A stretch of DNA of 27,799 nucleotides from Promethearchaeota archaeon (GCA_019058015.1 JAHLWH010000235.1:1-27799), one strand, 5' to 3'. Shown: positions 19,613 to 27,799, numbered from the stretch's first letter. The notes: generated by a model from the letters alone, not told the origin. Translations and numbers: made by a program.

Positions 19613-19769
19613 GCAAATCGCACTAAATTTCTGAGTTCGGAAAGGGATCAGGTTTTTCCAACATCCTATGACCGTTAACGAATTAACAGTTTACAGTTTC
19701 CCAATAATCGCAATATCAGTACTATCTGTAACGATATGTTGTTTAACTTCCAGTCTAGTGCGAAAATGC
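19613..19769 (-). other. BHB-like processing stem flanking the permuted 5S rRNA
   Basis: UCGCACUAGA (19763-19754) pairs over 10 bp with UUUAGUGCGA (19627-19618). The central helix is CUGG/UCAG, with bulges AAG (19749-19747) and AAA (19630-19628). Confidence 0.85.
19629..19747 (-). rRNA. rrf: 5S rRNA, circularly permuted (canonical 3' half 19747-19683, UUCG linker 19682-19679, canonical 5' half 19678-19629)
   Basis: Reordered, it folds as 5S: helix I UUAACGGU/ACUGUUAA; helix II GGAUGUUG/CAACAU(A)UC with bulged A; helix III ACCUGA/UCAG(AA)GU; loop C UCCCUUUCCGAAC; helix V UUACAG/CUGUAA; loop E AGUA/GAA. Total length is 119 nt. Confidence 0.92.
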
Positions 19770-19937
19770 TATAAATTTATAATAAACCCTTTTATTTTAA
19801 TTTTACTTTTTGCATACTATTTTCATTCTAATTGTAATATTCCAACGTTTATTATGATTATTTTCTTAAAGATCTTAAATTTAATTAATTAACTTTTAAA
19901 AAATTTAAATAGTTCTGAAAATAATCTTAAAATATCG

Positions 19938-20477
19938 ATGCCTAATAAAATACTTATATTTTTCAAACGTGTTGGGCGTAATTGGTTTCTAATTTTTTTA
20001 ATAGCCGTGATTTTTGTTTTTTTTATCGAGCAGATCCTAGCAATTTGGTTAGTGGGTATTGCACTAGTTTTATATATGTTGTCATATCTTCCTAATATCT
20101 TCTTCAAAAGAGCCTTAAAAGGAAAAATGATGGAATACTATATGATTGAAGAAGATACAATTGCTTATAAAATGAAAAAACCCTTGAGAAAGATTAGAGA
20201 AACGTTATTTAAATTTTCTCAAAAACAACACAAAAAACCGTATCTAATTGTTTATTTGGATAATAGATATATTTATTTCCACGAGGAAACAGTAAATAAG
20301 TTTAATGAACTTTATAAAAAAGGATTTGGTGAGAAGGAAATGCTCGAAGGAATGAAAAAATACGATTTACAAATAAAATCAGAGGTCAAATGTATCTTGT
20401 CTACTCTCAAAAAATTTAATCGGTTACCAGAAAGAGAGATCTCTGTAAAAGAGTATAGAGATAAGGATAAATATTAA
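19938..20477 (+). CDS. Hypothetical membrane protein (two N-terminal TMs, basic soluble domain)
   Basis: 179-aa ORF with a hydrophobic N-terminal hairpin; transcribed divergently from the 5S gene. Confidence 0.7.
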   Translation: MPNKILIFFKRVGRNWFLIFLIAVIFVFFIEQILAIWLVGIALVLYMLSYLPNIFFKRALKGKMMEYYMIEEDTIAYKMKKPLRKIRETLFKFSQKQHKKPYLIVYLDNRYIYFHEETVNKFNELYKKGFGEKEMLEGMKKYDLQIKSEVKCILSTLKKFNRLPEREISVKEYRDKDKY

Positions 20478-20717
20478 TATCTCCGAATTACTTAATTCAA
20501 TCCTATTTTTTGATTAATAAATGAATCTTAAAAAAAAAGAATTGATAATATAAGTTCTTCTAATCTCAATTTTAAATATAAAAAGTTTTATTTTTCTGAA
20601 ATTAATTTATTTTATTAATAAGAATTACTAAATACAATTAATAATCATATTTTATCTCATAAATCACATAAATAACTCATAATTTTCGGTGTAGAAAAAA
20701 TACCTAAAAAGTTCATT

Positions 20718-21227
20718 ATGAAAATTTTGACTGCCGGAGAGGGCGGAGTAGGAAAAACAACACTTTTACGCCGTTTTGTCGAAGGGCAATTCTTCTCAGA
20801 GACAAAGATGACCATTGGTGTGGAATTCTTTTTAAAATCTATTGTTTTAGGAGACAATGAGATTACACTTCAACTCTGGGATTTTGGTGGGCAAGAACGT
20901 TTTAGGTTTTTACTTGGAAGTTATGTTTTAGGGGCTAAAGGAGCATTTCTAATGTTTGATCTTACAAGAATAGCAACATTAGAAAAACTTGAACAATGGG
21001 TTCAAATTGTGCGCCAAAACGACCCTAACTTACCTATTTTATTTCTTGGGACTAAAATTGATTTAATAGAAGATATTAATGTGAATGATGACTATGCCTT
21101 ATCATATCTCGAATCTTTGAATTTGTTTGATTATCTCAAGATATCTTCAAAAACCGGTGAAAATGTTGAGGAATCCTTTAAACGCTTAACTCAAGAAATA
21201 TTAGAACGTCAGGGTATTAAAATATAA
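20718..21227 (+). CDS. Rab/Ras-like small GTPase
   Basis: G1 GEGGVGKTT, G2 TIGVEF, G3 WDFGGQERF, G4 GTKID, G5 SSK; no C-terminal Cys. The start may lie slightly upstream (see findings). Confidence 0.93.
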   Translation: MKILTAGEGGVGKTTLLRRFVEGQFFSETKMTIGVEFFLKSIVLGDNEITLQLWDFGGQERFRFLLGSYVLGAKGAFLMFDLTRIATLEKLEQWVQIVRQNDPNLPILFLGTKIDLIEDINVNDDYALSYLESLNLFDYLKISSKTGENVEESFKRLTQEILERQGIKI

Positions 21228-21680
21228 ATGCTATCTTATTTTAATGAATTAAAAGATCATCAGCTTATCATTTTGGATGCGAATTTTATATTAATTCCAT
21301 CTCAGTTTGGGATCGATTATTTTGAAGAAATTAGAGATATCATCCCGGGGAAATTGGCTTATATCGTTTTTAAATCCACTTTAGATGAATTAAATTGGAA
21401 AAAAATAAGGGAAAATAAAAAAGTCAAATATCAGAAACAGTTAGAATTAGGCTTACAAATTTTAAGATCTCAAAAATTCTATGAGATTCCAATAGAGAGG
21501 GAAATTAAAGAAACCGTAGATGATTTTTTGATTAAAGCATGTCAAAAATTATTAAATAATAATTTCAAAGTTCATTTGGCAACAAATGATTCCAGACTTC
21601 GGTCTAGAGCAATGAAATTGGGAATAAGTGTTATATATTTAAGACAAAAAAAGAAAATTGTTTCTGATCGATTCGATTAG
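21228..21680 (+). CDS. PIN-domain ribonuclease, Fcf1/Utp24-like
   Basis: ILDANF, EL, VDD and ATND..LR.R...G pattern; starts immediately after the GTPase stop (TAAATG). Confidence 0.85.
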   Translation: MLSYFNELKDHQLIILDANFILIPSQFGIDYFEEIRDIIPGKLAYIVFKSTLDELNWKKIRENKKVKYQKQLELGLQILRSQKFYEIPIEREIKETVDDFLIKACQKLLNNNFKVHLATNDSRLRSRAMKLGISVIYLRQKKKIVSDRFD

Positions 21681-21745
21681 AAAACTTTATTAAATTTTGA
21701 TTAGCTATAACTTAAATATATTTTTATAAAATTTGGTTAATTACG

Positions 21746-22975
21746 ATGGAAAATCTAAATTTTTCTAAAAAAGACTTCCTTTTTAGATCACCTCGTATTA
21801 TCTTCGGAAAAGGCAAAATTTCATTGTTAGGCGAACAATCGCGTGCTATTTGCGAAATGGACACAAATAAAAAAATAAATGCATTTCTAGTTACTGGTAA
21901 GAATTCTCTTAAAAACTCCGGTAATTTAGAGAAAATCTTAAAAAATTTAAATGAAGCAAAAATTTCGGTTTATGTTTACAATGAGATTGAAGGAGAACCA
22001 ACAACTTTAGTAATAAATCGAGGGAAAGAAATTGCAATTGAAAATAAGATAGATGTCATTATTGGCATAGGTGGAGGGAGTGTTATAGATTCTGCTAAAG
22101 GTATCTCTGGTTTAGTTACTAACGGTGGAATAGTAGAAGATTATCACGCTGGTAAAAGAAGTTTTGATAAACCAGGTTTGCCTTTCATTGTTGCACCAAC
22201 TACATCCGGTACTGGTTCTGAAGTATCTAATAATGCAGTAATCATTGACCCTGCTCGAGGAATTAAACAAAGCATTCGTGGAGACAAAATGATGGCACAT
22301 ATCGTAATATTAGATCCTGAATTAGTTCTTTCATGCCCTAAAAAATATACGGCATTTTCTGGTGCTGATGCGTTAGTTCAATCAATAGAGGCGTTTGTAT
22401 CAAAATCATCTAATTATCTCTCAGATATTTTTGCAATTGAATCAATAAAATTATTACTTCCATCTCTTCCTAAAGTAGTAAATGACCTTTTAAATATTGA
22501 ACTGAGGGAAAAGATGATGTTAGGAAGTTTCCTTGATGGATTAGCATTTGCAAACTCAAAACTTGGGGCAGTCCATGGGTTCGCTCATCCAATTGGAGTG
22601 AAACATAACATCAATCATGGCCTTATATGCGGTCTTTTACTACCCTATGTAATGAAATATAATGTAGAATTAGAACATGTTCAAAAAAAATATGTTTATA
22701 TTACGGATATTGCAGTTCAGAGCAGTATTATTGATGAAGTTGATTTGAAAATAACAGAGTGCCCGAATGGTATTAAAGATAAAGCTTTATGGATAATCGA
22801 ACTCATAAGAAAAATTTTTGAACGTTGCGAAATCCCTCTACATTTAAAAGATATTGGAATTACCGAAGAGGATATTGATGATATCGTTAAAGATACGAAA
22901 GGTTCATCTTTGAATAATAATCCTCGAGACACTGATAAAGAAAGTCTAAAGCAAATTCTTTTGAATGCATTATAA
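21746..22975 (+). CDS. Iron-containing alcohol dehydrogenase
   Basis: GIGGGSVIDSAK, PTTSGTGSE, DALVQSIE, HGFAH and HGL. Confidence 0.92.
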   Translation: MENLNFSKKDFLFRSPRIIFGKGKISLLGEQSRAICEMDTNKKINAFLVTGKNSLKNSGNLEKILKNLNEAKISVYVYNEIEGEPTTLVINRGKEIAIENKIDVIIGIGGGSVIDSAKGISGLVTNGGIVEDYHAGKRSFDKPGLPFIVAPTTSGTGSEVSNNAVIIDPARGIKQSIRGDKMMAHIVILDPELVLSCPKKYTAFSGADALVQSIEAFVSKSSNYLSDIFAIESIKLLLPSLPKVVNDLLNIELREKMMLGSFLDGLAFANSKLGAVHGFAHPIGVKHNINHGLICGLLLPYVMKYNVELEHVQKKYVYITDIAVQSSIIDEVDLKITECPNGIKDKALWIIELIRKIFERCEIPLHLKDIGITEEDIDDIVKDTKGSSLNNNPRDTDKESLKQILLNAL

Positions 22976-23046
22976 AGTTAAATAAAATAAATACGTAAAT
23001 TATTATAAAAAAATTAAGATGAATAAAATAATTGGAGGCAAAATAA

Positions 23047-23382
23047 ATGAAAGTAGTAAAAGAGTCTGATTTCGAATATCGTGGTGGAGATTCCGGTGTG
23101 AAGTATCTCTTTAGGGGCCCTAGTATTGATTGGGGGGTAATGCTTCTTAAACCTGGAGAATATATGGGAGATAAACCCCACGGGCACAACTTTTTAGATG
23201 AAACCTTCTTTTTCATTCAAGGAGATGGTGTAATGATCGTTGACGATAAGGAAATCGCTGCACCAGAAGGCTCAGCTTTCTTGATTGAACCAAAAGAAAT
23301 GCATAATATACGAAATGATTCTAACAAACCGATAAAAATAATCTTTATCAAAGGAGAATATAAACCGGATGATAAAATATAG
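23047..23382 (+). CDS. Cupin-domain protein
   Basis: PHGH...E.FF..QG.G and P.EMH.IRN motifs; GGAGG Shine-Dalgarno upstream. Confidence 0.88.
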   Translation: MKVVKESDFEYRGGDSGVKYLFRGPSIDWGVMLLKPGEYMGDKPHGHNFLDETFFFIQGDGVMIVDDKEIAAPEGSAFLIEPKEMHNIRNDSNKPIKIIFIKGEYKPDDKI

Positions 23383-23493
23383 TTTTTATTTAATTTTATT
23401 TAAGAAATTTCTAAAAATCTTGACAGAAAATTTTAAACTTAAACGATAATTACAGATATATAACAACAAAATTATTAAGGAAAAAGGAATTTT

Positions 23494-23850
23494 TTGAAGA
23501 AAAAACACAAAAGTGCCCAACAGGCCCAGAGCTTTAGGATTAAATTTCCTCGCCGTAAAGATGGAGAAATGTTTGCCAGAATTGTTGAAATCCTCGGAAA
23601 TGAACGTATGCGCGTATTTTGTGAAGATAAAGTTTATCGAATTGGTCGTGTTCGTGGTAAAATTAAAAAAAGAGTGTGGATGCGTCAAGGGGATTTAGTA
23701 TTAATTTCAAGTTGGGACTGGGAAACTAAAACAGCAGGTAAATTGGGACGATGTGAAATATTTTGGAGGTATAGGGCTAATGAGATTGCTTGGCTCGAGC
23801 GCAATAATAAAGTGCCTGTGATACTTGATATTAATAACATTCCCTTATAG
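23494..23850 (+). CDS. eif1a: Translation initiation factor aIF1A (TTG start)
   Basis: GEMFARIVEILGNERMRVFCED...GRVRGKIKKRVWMRQGDLVLI..WD...I.WRY. Confidence 0.93.
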   Translation: MKKKHKSAQQAQSFRIKFPRRKDGEMFARIVEILGNERMRVFCEDKVYRIGRVRGKIKKRVWMRQGDLVLISSWDWETKTAGKLGRCEIFWRYRANEIAWLERNNKVPVILDINNIPL

Positions 23851-24072
23851 AATTAGGTAGAATAATATGTCTTTTACTTTCAAATCTCAAACTTCATTTA
23901 CAAAAATTTTATATTTCATAAAAAACTAATAATATTTGTCTTTTTCTAAGAAATTTAATCTAACATTTTAATAATCCCTAAAATCAATTAGATCTTTTAG
24001 AAAAGAGTAATTATGAAAGAATGCTTAAATAAGAAAATTTATATTATTAATAAAAAGAGAGTAAAAAAAAAT

Positions 24073-24804
24073 ATGGCAGATAAGGAAAAAGTGGAAGAAG
24101 ATGAAGCAGAGACTGTCGATATAGATATGACTACAAAAGAAACTGAGATAGATACAACCATTTTCGCTGTACGCACAACACTCAATCAAGAAAGCAATAT
24201 TTTGAAGCAAATATTTTATCGATTTAAAATATTATCTCCATTGCCTGACATAAAAGGAATGCTTGTTACTCCACTTTTACCTGGTTTTATATTCATTGAA
24301 GCTACTCAAAAAACAGATGTTCAAAGAGCCATTCAAGGTATTCAACATATAAAAGGAAGAATCGTGGGACAGATCAAATTAAACGAAATAAATCATGTGC
24401 TAATACCTCGTTCTGTCACTGAGTATCTCGAGGAAGGTGATAAAGTAGAAATTATCAGTGGTGTTTTTACAGGTCGTCGTGCAGTTATTATGCGAATGCC
24501 TCACGACACTTCAGCAAGTGAAGAAGTTGTTGTCAGACTACTTCAAGAAGAATCTGATATAACGATAAAAATACACGGTGATTATTTAAAATTGGTTGAG
24601 AAAGCTAGGAGGGAAGAAGAGCCAATTCCTCAAATAAAAGCACAAATGGAACTTACAACTGATTTAGAAAAAACTATATCTTTTGAGGAAGAATATGAAC
24701 CAGAGGAAATTGGTGAAGCCAAAGTAGCTGAAATGACTGAAAAACCTGAAGACTGGGAAGAAGAAGAGGAAGAAGAAGATGAATGGTCAAAATTCGAATT
24801 TTAA
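24073..24804 (+). CDS. spt5: Transcription elongation factor Spt5 (NGN+KOW) with acidic N- and C-terminal extensions
   Basis: IFAVRTTLNQE...LPGFIFIEA (NGN) and EEGDKVEIISGVFTGRRAVI (KOW). ATG 24073 (MADKEK) is preferred over 24013. Confidence 0.88.
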   Translation: MADKEKVEEDEAETVDIDMTTKETEIDTTIFAVRTTLNQESNILKQIFYRFKILSPLPDIKGMLVTPLLPGFIFIEATQKTDVQRAIQGIQHIKGRIVGQIKLNEINHVLIPRSVTEYLEEGDKVEIISGVFTGRRAVIMRMPHDTSASEEVVVRLLQEESDITIKIHGDYLKLVEKARREEEPIPQIKAQMELTTDLEKTISFEEEYEPEEIGEAKVAEMTEKPEDWEEEEEEEDEWSKFEF

Positions 24805-24860
24805 CATAGGAGTATAATTTAAAATAATCAAAATTATGATAATATTCTTGGTGAATTAAT

Positions 24861-25601
24861 ATAATTAAAACTATTTTCATTTTAAGAAGTAGTGGAGAAT
24901 TGATTTTCTATAAGATATATGAAGATATTTTTAACCTTAAACTCACTAGTAGCTTTCTTTCAGCAATTTACGCCTTTTTGAAACATAGTCTAAAAACTAT
25001 AGATCTTAACCAAATAGAAATGGGGGAATATCGATTTATTTTTGAAATTGAAAAAACTGGGAATATGGAACTCTTATTTGTGATTTTAGCTGAGAGGAGT
25101 GATAATTTATTACAACTAAGGGCTAATCTGAAATCAATTAAAAACAAATTTATTCAACAGTTTTACGATCAATTGATTGATTTTAATGGTAATATAACCG
25201 AATTTTTTGAATTTGTGTCAATAGTGGATGAAATAATTGAAAATAGTAAAAAAATTCTTGATGATTTAGCTTTTCATAAAATTGAACAAATTTTTAAAGA
25301 TCTACAAAAATTCTCGTCATTTGTAATCGATTGTGCTCTATTAACTCAGAACGGTGGAATTATAAAATCTTCCCTTGAAGATAAGATATTCTCTGAGATA
25401 ATAAGAATGCTTGAAGCAAGGCATATAACAGGAAAGGAAGAACTCAATGAATTAATTACTCTGGAAGATTTTGGAATTTTATCACTAAATGCAGTAAATA
25501 GGGAAATGATTAGTGTAATTCAATTTAAGAGAGAGTGTCCATTTGAAACAGCACTTATAATCTCGAAAAAATTTTCGAAAAGAATCCAAATGTCCCTTTA
25601 A
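24861..25601 (+). CDS. Longin-like plus roadblock/LAMTOR-like two-domain protein (probable ATA start at 24861)
   Basis: IKTIFILRSSGELIFYK...LTSSFLSAIYAF...F.G.I..F..F resembles Asgard longin domains. The C-terminal half (DCALLTQNGGIIKSSL...) resembles a roadblock fold. Fold calls are by eye. Confidence 0.65.
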   Translation: MIKTIFILRSSGELIFYKIYEDIFNLKLTSSFLSAIYAFLKHSLKTIDLNQIEMGEYRFIFEIEKTGNMELLFVILAERSDNLLQLRANLKSIKNKFIQQFYDQLIDFNGNITEFFEFVSIVDEIIENSKKILDDLAFHKIEQIFKDLQKFSSFVIDCALLTQNGGIIKSSLEDKIFSEIIRMLEARHITGKEELNELITLEDFGILSLNAVNREMISVIQFKRECPFETALIISKKFSKRIQMSL

Positions 25602-25650
25602 AAATACTTTTTTTAAAATTATTAAATTTAAAACCGTAAGGTGAAATAAT

Positions 25651-26898
25651 ATGGTTGAATTAAATTTTCTTGGTGTCTTTAAAAAAGCCACCTTTAATAA
25701 TGAGGAACCTCCGCTATTTGAATTGCGGGATTTAACCATTTTAAAATATCCTCAAAAAATTAATTATCATAAAATCATAAAAGAATTTGACATATCTCCT
25801 TATTTCATAGAAGAAAAAACTTCCAAAGATATAGCAGATAAAAAAAAAGATGATAAAATAACAGATGCAGTAATTAATAAAATTGAGAAATTTTTAAAAT
25901 TTGATTTTAAAGAAGATAAAACCTCTTATGAAAAGATTAATGAAATAGAAGCCGAAGAAAATATAATTGATTTTCAATATCAAAATCAATTAGAATATCC
26001 AGGCTTAAAGCTTATTTTCACATATATCTTTGGAACTTCCTTTTTTGTTGTTTTAATTTCTAATTTTATAGATGATAACATTAAAGATAGGCTGAAAAAA
26101 TGTCTTACAGAAATTGAATCAAAATATTCGCCAAAATCTACGGAAAGCCTCGAAAGGAATGACATTTTTGATCATTTTCTGAACATAGTTATTGAATATT
26201 TTGCTGAACGAGTTATTTTAAATTTCTTAGTTCCCGATCTTACTTCAGAATTAGCATTTTATGAAAATAAAAATAAAGAAATTAGTGAATTAATAGAATC
26301 TTCAACAAGTGAAGAAGAAATTAATCTTATTTCCAATATAACGGGATTAGAAAGTGTAGAAAGTATTGTAACAAAACATTCCTTAGAGTTATCAGTATTT
26401 AAAAAACAAATATTCAAATTATGGATTGCAAATAAAATCTATCTAAGATTTAATCCTCTTAAATCAGATGATTTCCTCATTACTAGTAGAGGGAAAGAGT
26501 ATCTCGTAGCCGGCCGAAAAGATGAACAAGCGTTAACTGAAGAGTTTAAGGATAAAAAGATAATTGGTTTATTAACTAGGTTTGATAAACCAAATTCATT
26601 ACAAAAAATTTTGGCAAAATCGAATTTAAACAAGTACACAGCTCGTCTATATATGAAATTTCTTATAAATAAAAATTTGGTGGATTGGGTGGAATATTGT
26701 CCAAAAATTGAGCCAGTAAGTGAAGAAGAAGTTCCATTACTATTAATGAAAGGATTTAAAGAACAAGATTTAGGTTTTTTGCACGATCTAGAAAAATATT
26801 TCGATGGGAAATGCTCTCTGCATTATTTATCTTCTCTAACTGAACAAAGTCCCCAGAAAATAAAGCAACTACTCAATTTAGTAGAAAAAAAAGATTAA
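25651..26898 (+). CDS. Hypothetical protein, possibly with C-terminal winged-helix-like repeats
   Basis: 415-aa ORF with a GGTGA SD; repeated 'FDxxxSL..(I/L)....' helical units in the C-terminal half. Confidence 0.65.
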   Translation: MVELNFLGVFKKATFNNEEPPLFELRDLTILKYPQKINYHKIIKEFDISPYFIEEKTSKDIADKKKDDKITDAVINKIEKFLKFDFKEDKTSYEKINEIEAEENIIDFQYQNQLEYPGLKLIFTYIFGTSFFVVLISNFIDDNIKDRLKKCLTEIESKYSPKSTESLERNDIFDHFLNIVIEYFAERVILNFLVPDLTSELAFYENKNKEISELIESSTSEEEINLISNITGLESVESIVTKHSLELSVFKKQIFKLWIANKIYLRFNPLKSDDFLITSRGKEYLVAGRKDEQALTEEFKDKKIIGLLTRFDKPNSLQKILAKSNLNKYTARLYMKFLINKNLVDWVEYCPKIEPVSEEEVPLLLMKGFKEQDLGFLHDLEKYFDGKCSLHYLSSLTEQSPQKIKQLLNLVEKKD

Positions 26899-26991
26899 AT
26901 ACTAATTACTATTAGAAAAATTAACAATCAGTTGATTTTTTAATTCTACAAATACAAAAATTAAAAACTAATTAAAAGAGTGATAATAAAA

Positions 26992-27799
26992 ATGTCAAGA
27001 TATCAAGAAAAGGCAATAAGTGATGAAATACTAGAAAAATTATCGTTAAAAAATCGTTATGCTTTTTTAAATAACAATTTGACAGCAATTTTAAAACCAG
27101 AACAATTTAACTTCTTAAGAAACGTTCAAAGATTTTGCATGAGATTTGAAAAAAAAAATAACATCCAACATAGCCCAGATGAGGATTTCTATGAATGGAT
27201 CCCCCATTTCGGTAAAGAAGGATATGTAACTCGCGCATATAAATTTGAGGAAATTGATCTTAATTTTGAATACTTCGGATTAACTGTTGATCTGTTAAGG
27301 GCAATTGCCATCGATATGTTTGATACTCAATTCGACATGGCTTTAGGAGCTACAATATTAGCAATAAACCCAATCAAAGCACATCATGAAGGAAGGCCAG
27401 AATGTTTGAAAGCGCTCAAAGATCTAGTCACGGGTGAATCTCCCGGCGCTATATTAATAACAGAACCCGAAAGAGGCTCTGATGCTGTGCATATGTTATC
27501 TGAATGTACGCAGAACGAAGATGGCAGTTTTACTCTTAATGGTGAAAAAATCTATAATACTAACGCTCCAAAATCAAATTGGGTTGTTGCATACGCATGT
27601 GCAGAAAAAGATAATGGAAAGACAATGGCACAATTCTTAATCAACACAAACTGGGATGGTTTTATTGTCAAGCGAGTTTATATACCATGGGTTCCTAAAA
27701 TATGGCTTGGCCATGAATACTTCGAAAATTTGAGAGTTCCCCCTTAATATGTATTGGGAGGGATAGGGAAAGGAAGAGACCATCTTTTTGAAGGATTAG
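26992..27799 (+). pseudogene. Acyl-CoA dehydrogenase with in-frame TAA at 27745-27747 (nonsense mutation or sequence error); runs off the window
   Basis: ITEPERGSDA, LNGEKIYNTNA and FENLRVPP*YVLGGIGKG; family-like sequence continues in frame after the stop. Confidence 0.7.

Noticed and set aside
19629-19678. Reading the 5S-like sequence as a truncated 5S pseudogene
   Set aside because: The missing half lies immediately upstream, all helices pair across the halves, and a processing stem flanks a 119-nt unit.
19771-19810. TATA/BRE promoter for the 5S precursor
   Set aside because: Several overlapping TATA-like tracts occur in very AT-rich sequence, so no single one can be supported.
19668-19892. 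74-aa ORF on the + strand
   Set aside because: It lies antisense to the permuted 5S gene and its AT-rich upstream region, and has no protein motif.
24013-24072. Longer N-terminus for Spt5
   Set aside because: The A-rich, low-complexity stretch looks like UTR or promoter; ATG 24073 gives a more plausible start, though unproven.
1451-26639. Short antisense or alternate-frame ORFs (e.g. 1451, 2522, 5347, 6061, 8022, 10601, 12115, 13725, 15388, 17554, 18198, 18546, 19889, 20657, 22112, 22717, 22887, 23386, 23513, 24025, 24674, 25485, 26439)
   Set aside because: They overlap well-supported genes and carry no recognisable motifs.
27745-27747. Sec/Pyl recoding or a hidden intron at the acyl-CoA dehydrogenase stop
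   Set aside because: The codon is TAA, which ends most genes here. The protein register shows no insertion and I could not form a BHB.
1-27799. CRISPR arrays, tRNAs, transposases or integrases
   Set aside because: I saw no spaced repeat array, cloverleaf or mobile-element ORF; the long repeats are intragenic domain duplications.

Overview
AT-rich (roughly 30% GC by eye) archaeal window, most likely from an Asgard archaeon of the Lokiarchaeia. This is inferred from an eL22 ribosomal protein, a Loki-CTERM-type anchor, a Rab-like GTPase and a longin/roadblock protein. It carries about 25 genes for translation and transcription (eL22, TFS, aIF2-gamma, aIF1A, Spt5, Fcf1-like PIN), metabolism (CitG-like, GH29 fucosidase, two tandem GDHs, Fe-ADH, acyl-CoA dehydrogenase) and surface proteins. 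Two elements missed by the ORF track stand out, and both appear to need bulge-helix-bulge (BHB) splicing. (1) A circularly permuted 5S rRNA gene (minus strand, 19629-19747): the canonical 3' half precedes the 5' half, helix I is closed by a UUCG loop, and a flanking BHB-like stem would release a 119-nt circle that restores the conserved CCGAAC-UCAGAAGUUAA sequence. (2) A 29-nt BHB-type intron (13313-13341) in the P-loop of the aIF2-gamma gene, whose removal restores GHVDHGKTT and a 483-aa ORF. All structures were derived by hand; no database search or folding program was run.
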